Shown one piece after another: positions 31,246 through 39,515 of a stretch of DNA of 39,515 bases; the stretch's first letter is position 1, and the number at the start of each line of letters is the position of its first letter. The DNA is from Nemertoderma westbladi (taxonomy: Eukaryota; Animalia; Xenacoelomorpha): contig JAUCBJ010003031.1 of the NCBI GenBank assembly GCA_032718475.1, positions 1 through 39,515 of the forward strand, written 5' to 3'. The translations under genes and the position numbers were made by a program. The notes below the pieces were generated by a model. It saw only the letters and a program-made list of their open reading frames with translations, ran no database searches and was not told where the DNA came from.

Positions 31246-32937
31246 ATGGTTAGAAATAGAAAGCGTAAACTTGGTTCTAGAAAGTACCGTGACTATACAG
31301 ATAGTAAGTTGAAGGATGCAGTGGAGGCAATGGAGAATGGCTTAAGTAGTCGCCAAGCCGAGGCACAATTCCGGATTCCACGTAGAACGATCCTAAATCA
31401 ACTTCATGGACAACATGGTAAGCAAGTTGGGCATCCAATTATTCTAATGCGATATGAGGAGACATCAATTGTCAACCACTTATCCATTTGTGCAGACTGG
31501 GGCATGCCCTTATCGATGATGGATTTACGAATCACAGTTACAAATTATTTGAACCGCTGTGGAAGGAAAGTAGATGCTTTTATCGATAATCTACCTGGTA
31601 GGGAATGGGCACTACTATTTACAGAAAGAAATAAGGATCAGCTTTCACTTCGTCTGTGCCAAAATATCAAACGTGCCAGGGCTGCAGTTGGATCGGCAGA
31701 TATTTCTGCCTACTTTGAACACCTTCAGGTAACTTTAGAGGGGATTCCTGCCACAAATGTCCTTAATTATGACGAAACAAACATCACTGATAACCCGGGG
31801 TCAAAGAAATTACTGTTTAAAAGAGGAGTTAAATATCCTGAAAAAGTTCAAAATTATTCAAAGGGGGCGATCAGCCTCATGTTCTTAGGGAGTGCAGATG
31901 GACAACTGTTGGGTGTGTATGTGATCTATAAGTCCAAGCATTTGTGGGCCAACTGGTGTCAAGGGGGGCCTCCAAATACACGCTTTGCCCGAACAGTCAG
32001 TGGTTGGATGGATGAACCATCCTTTGAGGAGTGGTTCCTGATCCTGACAATCGTTTTGCCTTGGGCAAAGTCTCTGGAGGGAAATAAGGTCATAATCGGG
32101 GATAATTTAAGTGCCCATATAAGTGAGGGGGTCATTCAACAATGTGCTGATAACAACATAAATTTTGTGTTTCTCCCAAGAAACAGTACCCATCTCACCC
32201 AACCTCTAGACGTGGCATTCTTCAGACCACTAAAGTGTCATTGGCGCCAAATACTTGATCAATATAAAACAAAAAATCCAGGTAGCACCTCACTTGAGAA
32301 GCAATGTTCCCCTAAACTTCTTGACCAGCTCATCCAGAAACTTCATGAGAATGGAGCAGCAGCAAAGAATCTGAAATCCGGTTTCCGAGCAACTGGTATT
32401 GTTCCATTAGATTCGACGCAGGTGTTAAAGAAACTTCCAGGATATACATCATCACCCACTCCCCCACCCAATCAGGTGGCACCCACGCCATCTGCTCTTA
32501 CCCCAGGGGAATCCATACTAGTCGCACAGACACCAGTGGAATCAACAACATCCACACCAGTCATTCTGGCGATGGGGGAACCCATTCCAGTCACTCTATC
32601 ATCATCGACATCAAGTTCCACTGTACTGCAGTCACCGAGAACCAATGCCAGCAAACTTATCTCGAGTTCCCTACTGGAATATCTTCAGCTCTCAAGAAGA
32701 AATGCACCCCATTCAAAATCGAAACGTTACAAATTGGATGTACCAGCTGGTAAATCAGTGTCTGCCGAAGACATATACATTCAAAGGAAAGATAAGGAGA
32801 ATCAAAATCGGGGTCGAGGGCGCAGTCGTGGTCGTGGTCGGGGTGCTCGAGGACGTGGAAATAAATACTCACAGTCAAAGGTTGCAGGGGGTGATTGGGA
32901 GAGGGGCAGGAAGGAATTTATTCCCACAACAGTCTGA
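31246..32937 (+). CDS. pogo-type transposase (HTH_psq + CENP-B-type HTH + DDE_1, DD35D)
   Basis: N-terminal YT...L..AV.A...GLS.RQA...F.IPR.T helix-turn-helix. Catalytic NYDET, GDNLSAH and QPLD, with 35 residues between the 2nd and 3rd Asp. The acidic tail appears to continue in another frame to 33181. Confidence 0.93.
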   Translation: MVRNRKRKLGSRKYRDYTDSKLKDAVEAMENGLSSRQAEAQFRIPRRTILNQLHGQHGKQVGHPIILMRYEETSIVNHLSICADWGMPLSMMDLRITVTNYLNRCGRKVDAFIDNLPGREWALLFTERNKDQLSLRLCQNIKRARAAVGSADISAYFEHLQVTLEGIPATNVLNYDETNITDNPGSKKLLFKRGVKYPEKVQNYSKGAISLMFLGSADGQLLGVYVIYKSKHLWANWCQGGPPNTRFARTVSGWMDEPSFEEWFLILTIVLPWAKSLEGNKVIIGDNLSAHISEGVIQQCADNNINFVFLPRNSTHLTQPLDVAFFRPLKCHWRQILDQYKTKNPGSTSLEKQCSPKLLDQLIQKLHENGAAAKNLKSGFRATGIVPLDSTQVLKKLPGYTSSPTPPPNQVAPTPSALTPGESILVAQTPVESTTSTPVILAMGEPIPVTLSSSTSSSTVLQSPRTNASKLISSSLLEYLQLSRRNAPHSKSKRYKLDVPAGKSVSAEDIYIQRKDKENQNRGRGRSRGRGRGARGRGNKYSQSKVAGGDWERGRKEFIPTTV

Positions 32938-33139
32938 TGATGAAATTGTGTCGAGTTCTGACTCATCTGTTAGCAGTGAATGCTGGCCTGATATCTCAGA
33001 TAGCCATGATGATAGTAATACGTCTGCTGCCATTGATAGCAGTGAGGGGACAATTGCAGGTATTTGTGATTTTGATGAAATATTACCGGCTAGCTCAATG
33101 AGTGGTCACAGCAGTCCTATAGAATTGCTCGAAGATTGG

Positions 33140-33640
33140 AATTTCGATCTCGAACTCCTGGATCGTGAACTTGAACTCTAGCAGCTTATCATTTTGATTT
33201 CAAACTCCTGCAATGTGAACTTTAACTCTTTTCGAACTCTTGGATCGTGAACTCGAACTCTAGCTTATTGTTTTGATTTTGATCTCCCGCAAAGTGAACT
33301 TGAACCTGTTTTCGAACTCTTTGATCGTGAACTTGAACCCTATAGCTTATGCCTATTGTTTTGATTTGAACTGCTTGTGCATGGATCGTGAACTTGAACT
33401 CTAGCTTATCGTTTTGATTTCGAACTCGTACAATGTGAACTTTAACACTTTTCGAACTCTTGGATCGTGAACTGGAACTCTAGCTTATTGTTTTGATTGT
33501 GATCTCCCGCAAAGTGAACTTGAACCTGTTTTCGAACTCTTTGATCGTGAACTTGAACTCTATATACCGGTATAGCTTATGCCTATTGTTTTGATTTTGA
33601 ACTGCTTGTGCATGGAACGTGAACTTGAACTCTAGCATAC
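33140..33640. repeat. Complex tandem repeat inside the transposon 3' region (220-bp higher-order unit)
   Basis: GATCGTGAACTTGAACTCTAGC motifs recur every ~60-80 bp. The CAATGTGAAC anchor at 33211 and 33431 gives a 220-bp period. Confidence 0.85.
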
Positions 33641-34609
33641 TGTTTTCTAAATAACTGAGCTTCAACTTTGTTTATATACTGTAGTTTGTTTATATGCAAT
33701 ATTTCTTATATGAATATGAAATTATATTCTTAATAGTGTTTGTGCATTCTGGCATTAGTCTGTTGTTAGTATAAGTTCTTTGTTATATATGTTCATATAT
33801 ACAGTAGTAATGCCTCCCATTTCGCTATGCGATGGTGAATTGGGTTAGGGTTTTTTTAAAAATCTTGCCAGTGGGCAAAGTTGTCCTGATTTATATCAAT
33901 TTTGCCTAAACTAGTGAACATTCTACAAATTGTAAGACAAAGTTTAGGGAAAATATGGCGAAAATGGTGTAATTTGCTATGAAAAAACTGTGATGGGCAA
34001 AGTTGTCCACAAGTGGGGCAACTTTGCCCAATGCAGGAATTTTTAAAAAACTATATGCAAACACAAAAAAAAGCAACATAGTAAAGTTTTATCACATAAA
34101 ATAATTACTGGAGTACCCTATGGATACATTCATATTGACCTTATTCAAAGTATAGACATATTTAACAACCGTCGACGCCATCAACTTTGGGCCAAGTGGG
34201 CAAAGTAGCCCCATTTTACGGTACCGTAACAACTAAGACTAACTACATATCGGTAACTGCGGTAGCGGTAGGTCTACACCAATACCGTACTGCAATACAC
34301 TGCAATACTAGATTACCCCTGTACCCACACAGCCAAAGCAAAAGGCTGCTTTCGGCATCGGTACTAAACTATTAATTATCGTTAAATTTACATTTTTTAC
34401 CGCTCACTCAATGGCTGAATGGGCTAGCGGAAATAATATTTGTTTATTTACCTAGGTAAATGGGGATTACAGGATTATTGCTCTTCAATCAGCCAACTTT
34501 GTACTTTCTGACTGTAACAAATGTTATTCTTGGGGATTTTATTTATTTAATGAGAGTACCGGTAGCTACGACTAGCTGACTAGTAAAATGGCATCAAAGT
34601 AAAACAAAT

Positions 34610-34837
34610 TTCTGGGTCCCCCCAGAACTTTACTCCCCAGAGGAAACTCCTACTCATTTAGCTACCACTTATGACTTAGGGATGCAAGGGCGCAAGGCAG
34701 AGATGCGCCCTGACAGGTCCCTTTAAAGCATTCGTGCCGAAACGAAAACTGCCCTGGCCCATGTGAGGATTGAACCCACGACCTACGGGAGATGTGAATT
34801 CAATGCAACCACCAGACCACTACACCACGGTGGAACC
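34610..34837 (-). mobile_element. tRNA-derived SINE
   Basis: Pol III A box TGGTGTAGTGG (34827-34817) and B box GGGTTCAATCC (34777-34767), followed by a non-tRNA body. No cloverleaf. The 3' boundary is approximate. Confidence 0.7.
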
Positions 34838-35244
34838 TAAATCAAGTAATTAATAATCTTCAAATAAATAATATGTTCCAGAATATTGTGTATTTTTTAT
34901 TAAATATAATAAACGGGCTGTCCTACAGGCTGACAGGCTGTAACGGATGCAAATATCTGCACTTCTTTTGTCTTTTTGAACGCCCATATCTCAGCAATTT
35001 CTCAACGACATTAATAGTTATTTACAAATTTGGAATCCTTGGGACGTCACCTTTCCATTGGTATCAACAAATCACAATAAGGAAGAAGAATAATTGCGGT
35101 TCGTCTGGCTGTCTGGTGCAACATTTAATTACTCATTCAACAATGATATCCTTTAATAATTCTAAAACAGTAATTAGGATGATTTTAATTTTTAACAATA
35201 AAATTACCGGTTCATATTGTACAATAAATAAAACACGTTCTGGC

Positions 35245-35780
35245 GTTATTTACTTTTCGCCACTCGATCCGACTTATTTACATCCAGACATCTCTCGCTG
35301 CGCTCGGTCGGTAAATAACAGATCTCGGGACGAACAGTAAACAAATCATATTTTATTTACCGTACAACAAACAGTTATTATACAGATTAGTCCTATATAT
35401 AATATATATACAGCTACAGTATATAACATTTTTTTTATACAAACAATTATACAACGCGCTATTGGCGTTCCACTGTTCCACACGTGTCGTGTAACTTGTC
35501 CGTACCGTACGGACAGAAAAACTTCCATAGGCTGAAACCTGAAACGGCACCCAAATTGGTAATACTGTAATATGCGTACGGACCGTACGCATATTACCAA
35601 TTGGGGTGCTGTTTCAGCCTATGTAAGTTTTTCTGGCGCTTCTAATTGGCTGTTCCTTCAATAAGCTCACCTCATTGGCTAACACTCTCCCATCTGCCCA
35701 TAGCGCCATACAGCCATAGCCAAAAGGTGTGTCGGTTTAGCCTAATTGCCAAACAGCCAAAAGGGATGTCTGGATGTCGC
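35245..35780. mobile_element. Non-autonomous element with nested inverted repeats (possibly Crypton-like)
   Basis: GTTATTTAC/GTAAATAAC (35245-35319) surround CTCGCTGCGCTCG. CATCCAGACATC (35281) is mirrored at 35765. An internal ~120-bp hairpin spans 35514-35636. The family call is inference. Confidence 0.4.
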
Positions 35781-35877
35781 TTGGGGAAACTGTCTGAGTG
35801 CCGGTACTGCTGTACGGACAAATAGAAATATTCAAAGCTCAAGCTCCTGACAGCCTGCTGAGCTCATCAGTATCTGC

Positions 35878-36168
35878 CTGGAGACAGGGCAGCAGGGGGA
35901 AAACTTGACGCAAATCCCGCCTTGGCGAATTAATATCCCGCCTCAATGTTAAATTCTCAATTTAGAGAAAGGAGCAGGTTACAGCTGTACAGTGCCAGTC
36001 TGCCAGTGCCACGTTATTTTAACCAAAACAATAAACTATATACTTTTAGTTTTAATAGAACATGTTACAATTTTATTTTTGAGAGTACCGGTCAGCCGGT
36101 AACCAGTCAGCCAGTGGTTATTTGCGTCGAATTCCCCCTGGAGAGGGATGAATTTTTATTGCGTCCAG
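35878..36168 (+). repeat. Dispersed repeat family, copy 5 (most complete)
   Basis: CTGGAGAC...GACGCAAAT (35907)...GAAAGGAGCAGGTTACAG...ATTTGCGTC (36120)...CCCTGGAGAGGGATGAATTTTTATTGCGTCCAG. Confidence 0.85.
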
Positions 36169-36444
36169 CGATTTATGTACGTTTATGTACGTATGATTAT
36201 ATTTACGATTTATTATTTAATTACTGAATTATATTAATATTATTACATTATTAATTATACATTAAATATTATTTATGAAATTAATATGTGCAGTCGACAT
36301 TTTATATAATATTGTATTTGTGCTGTATGAGTAAATAGCCTTACTGCCTTAGCTAGTCGAGCACTCACACAGCACAAGAGAATACCTCTAACTAAGGGGA
36401 ATGGTGTTGGGGAGGGGAGGGGGGTGGGGTGGGGTAGGGCTGCA

Positions 36445-36695
36445 ACGCGGCGCCGGGTGCAAAAAATCCGGCGCCGGCTCTGTGCAAAACCACGCCGGGC
36501 TGCCGGGTGCAAAAAATACTGTGCCGGCTCTGTGCAAAACCACGCCGGGTGCAAAAAATCCTGCGCCGACTACAGACTGCCAGACTCTGTGCAAAACCAC
36601 GCCGGGTGCAAAAATCCTGCGCCGACTCTGTGTAATGTAAAATGCTGTACTAGGCGAAAAATCTTACGTCGGCTCTTCAGAGTTGCACCAGGCTG
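36445..36695. repeat. GC-rich ~40-60 bp tandem repeat, ~5 copies
   Basis: Units of the form CGCCGGGTGCAAAAAATCC...GCCGRCTCTGTGCAAAACCA, preceded by a dense G-run tract at 36409-36439. Confidence 0.8.
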
Positions 36696-38027
36696 AGGTG
36701 ACGGGTATGGGCTATAAAACATAAAATCTGCCTGTGCCTGTTACATACTGTACACCTACAGTACTGCAGTACCTGTAGTCCAATCTATCATCTAGGCCTA
36801 ATAATACTGCACCTGAATATAGTATATGAAATGAATGAAACATATCTCCCATCACCCCCCCCCCCCCTGTGTTGAGTTGATGGTACAAGAGACAGTATTC
36901 AGTTAAATACTGCATGATATAGGAGATTTGGATATTTGAACATATTAAACTTTACATGGTTTTAATAATTAGTAATATAATATAATTGAATTATATAATA
37001 ATAATTAGTACGGCCAAACAAACACATGACAATATTTATATTATGTATAAGGGTCTTAGTCTTGCTACATTACGCCAAATTGTCAGCATTCTGAATGCAC
37101 AATAATTACATATCCGTAATTTAATAAATTGTTTAATTTGCCGAAAATATGTTCTGGAATCTAATAATTTTCTCTGTTAATTGTATTGATGATTTGCAGA
37201 TGACGAGAAGGTTTAAACAAAACTAGACCTAAGAAGAGTTGACATAATGTGTAGCAAGATGAAACCAAATTATTACAATTAAAAAATAATACTTATTAAT
37301 ATGATAATTATTAATTACTTAAGAAAAGGTATAACTTTTTTTCACTATTCTTGAGGAATTTTATTTACCGATCGCCAGTGAGGTTAATAAAGGGTCGAGA
37401 TAATATTGAAAAAATATGTTCAACGTTTTTTCCCTCATAATTAATTGCACGTAAAATACGTAATTTTATTATTAAATTGTTACTTTTTTGTTCCTAAATT
37501 CTCTACTAAAACATATCTAGCAATATAGTGTTACAAAATAAATTGAAGTGCAGTATTTTAGTGTATTGCTTCCATAGTTAAGGGCGCCACTGGGTTAAGA
37601 GTTTTTACGGTATACTTAATATGATAGCATGAAGAAGAAAGTGTTGGCCTGAAAAATAAATCTGAAAAATAAAACTGGAAAATAAATAGATAAAGTTACC
37701 CCTTGTCTCTCTCAAGTTGATCTGGATTGGGGCAATGTGAACACTCCTGCAATAATTCAGGTGGTTTGATGAGACTGCTTAGGGGTGGATGGGGTGGGGG
37801 GGGGGGGGGGGGGGAGGCAGCTTCAAGTCTTGTGAATAGTGTAGTCTTGGTTAACTTTTTAATTATACTGTATTCATCCCTATTATTATATTATTCCTAT
37901 TTGTATTCCTGGCTGCCTAATCGTTTATCGCTTGTTTAAATCTAGTTATAATATTTATTATTATTTTTAGTTATTTCTGTGTAGTTAAATTATAGTATTG
38001 GCTTTAGTTTAATATGAAACTTACTAT

Positions 38028-38790
38028 TTATAGATCTTTGATGAGGTTTCTGTATCCCTTCTTATCTTGAGCAAATTGAACAGCTTCATTGAGGTTTATA
38101 CCTGTAGGTGCGAAGTCCCTCTGAACAGTTTGAGAGAAGGTGGTAGCTGGCCTCCCTCTTTTCTTCCTTTTCTCTGATGGCATCTTCAGGTTGAGTGCAA
38201 TCCGGGGAAGTCGTTTGGCTGGCATTCTCGCTACATGCCCAAACCATCGTAGCCTTCTCCTTCGTAGCATCTCTGAAAGTGGCCGAAGTTGGGCTCGGTG
38301 GTAGAGTTGTTGCGTGGAGAAGTTGTCAAACTGGTGGTGTTTGAGAAGAGGACGGAGTAGCCGCCTGTCTGCAGAGTCTAGCCTCTTCTCTACTGACTCG
38401 GAGAGTGGTATCGTTTCTAGTCCATATAGCATTACGGTTCTTACCATAGTTTTAAATACTTGTACCTTTATAGCAGGACGGATGTTTTTGTCTTTCCATA
38501 TTTTACGTAGGGCGTGATAGTTTCCAGTTGCCTTTGAGATCCTATGCTTGACTGCGGGTAGGGGGTTGTTTTTATTAGTGATGTGACTGCCTAGGAATGA
38601 AATTGCATTGACTTCTTTGATCGGTTTGTCGTGTACTGTTAGAGCGTTGTTTACGTTTTGGTCTACAGGGATTTTCAGTAGTTCTGATTTCTTTGGATTA
38701 ATGCGTAAACCTATACGTTCTCCTTCGATGGAAATGTAAGTCAGATGTTTTTGTGAGGCTTCTATGGTGGTGTGTAGTAGGTTGCAGTCA
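38028..38790 (-). mobile_element. 5'-truncated RTE-clade LINE (RT C-terminus to stop codon)
   Basis: GLRINPKKSE...FLGS...RISKA...IWK...K...FKTMVRTVMLYGLET...RRRRLRWFGHVARM...RLPRIAL...KRGRP. The frame is open throughout; the first ~10 residues of the listed ORF are flank. Confidence 0.9.
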
Positions 38791-39028
38791 AATATATATT
38801 TCAACAAAATAATTCGGTACAATTAAAAATAATTATATTCTAGTTATTCCATAGTTAGAGTAGTACAATTCATAGCGCTAAATATTAAATCAATTTAAAA
38901 AAGGATATCTCCCACATTTAAAATCGTCCGACCAAACTAGTTCACGAAGGCCGTTCTTAAATTCTCGGTGGACGATGTCAGACATGGCCGGATGAAATTT
39001 ACTATCACCATTAGTGCTGTGATTGGTA

Positions 39029-39514
39029 TCACATGGGGTAGCTGACACACCTCATTATATACTGTAGTTGATAAAACTCTTCTTTCCCGTCTTCTTCTTG
39101 CGAAGCTAACCTCACTCGACCTGATGCGGTTCTTTTCCCTACTAACTTTTTAAATAGTAATTCTAGGTCGAAACACTCAGCTAATGATTTAGATTTTTCG
39201 ATGTTAAAAGAATCAAGGCGGGATACTAGTGATGATTTCAAGTCGCCACAGAACAACGAAATGTCTTTAAAAACGTCACTTAAATCTCTGGCGAACCATT
39301 CAGTACCATCAGGCACTTTCTTACGCGTATTAGATCGGGATCCGGCGACTGGTTGGAACTTCCACCCATATGTTAGTTCGATTCCTTGGTACTGCGGCCC
39401 GAGCTCTGCAATTATACTGGTGTCAGTGTCATCGCTATAATCAGAATCATTACCATCGAGAGGTGTTCGTAGTATCGAGGAGGATTCTTTACTGAATGTG
39501 GGAAAGATGGTGTA
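39029..39514 (-). CDS. Partial open frame running off the window end; unknown product, possibly a DNA-transposase C-terminal fragment
   Basis: Stop-free from 39514 to 39029: YTIFPTFSKE...YQGIELTYGWKF...EWFARDLSDVFKDISLFCGDLKSSLVSRL...ECFDLELLF. Composition is protein-like, but no diagnostic motif was recognised with certainty. Confidence 0.4.
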   Translation of the reverse strand, partial: YTIFPTFSKESSSILRTPLDGNDSDYSDDTDTSIIAELGPQYQGIELTYGWKFQPVAGSRSNTRKKVPDGTEWFARDLSDVFKDISLFCGDLKSSLVSRLDSFNIEKSKSLAECFDLELLFKKLVGKRTASGRVRLASQEEDGKEEFYQLQYIMRCVSYPM

Positions 39515-39515
39515 A

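Larger units (their letters stand above)
30479..34221 (+). mobile_element. Full-length pogo-type (Tc1/mariner superfamily) DNA transposon, 3743 bp
   Basis: Perfect 25-bp TIRs CCGTAAAATGGGGCTACTTTGCCCA (30479-30503; 34197-34221) with TA target duplication (30477-78; 34222-23). Subterminal ACTTTGCCC/GGGCAAAGT motifs at ~30512, 33873, 33996 and 34021. Confidence 0.96.

Noticed and set aside
34760-34837. Functional tRNA gene
   Set aside because: A and B boxes are present, but there is no acceptor or anticodon stem and no T-run terminator; interpreted as a SINE head.
34873-37939. Short ORFs of 60-155 aa in AT-rich or tandem-repeat DNA, and similar ones across 15-27 kb
   Set aside because: Low-complexity or repeat-derived translations without domains or splice support.

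Overview
AT-rich, repeat-dense animal (invertebrate-like) genomic DNA; the species cannot be assigned from sequence alone. There are two host genes, both on the minus strand. The first is a spliced gene, not recovered as a unit by the ORF track, for a small secreted hemopexin-repeat protein (exons 6783-6726, 6509-6414, 4367-4208, 3320-~3095). The second is a single-exon, GC-rich diacylglycerol lipase alpha (DAGLA, 30195-27712). A full-length 3743-bp pogo-type DD35D DNA transposon (30479-34221) lies 284 bp upstream of the DAGLA ATG. The rest is repeats: a 48-bp intronic minisatellite built from a 3' splice site, a ~8 kb G-rich 35-bp satellite interrupted by a highly structured ~460-nt RTE-5'UTR-like insert, abutting non-autonomous Helitrons carrying a 147-bp array with one CTCF-like motif per unit, a foldback element packed with CTCGCGAG palindromes, MITE-like hairpins, a tRNA-derived SINE and RTE/RTEX LINE fragments. 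No CRISPR array and no true tRNA or rRNA gene was seen. All family assignments come from motif recognition by eye, not database searches.
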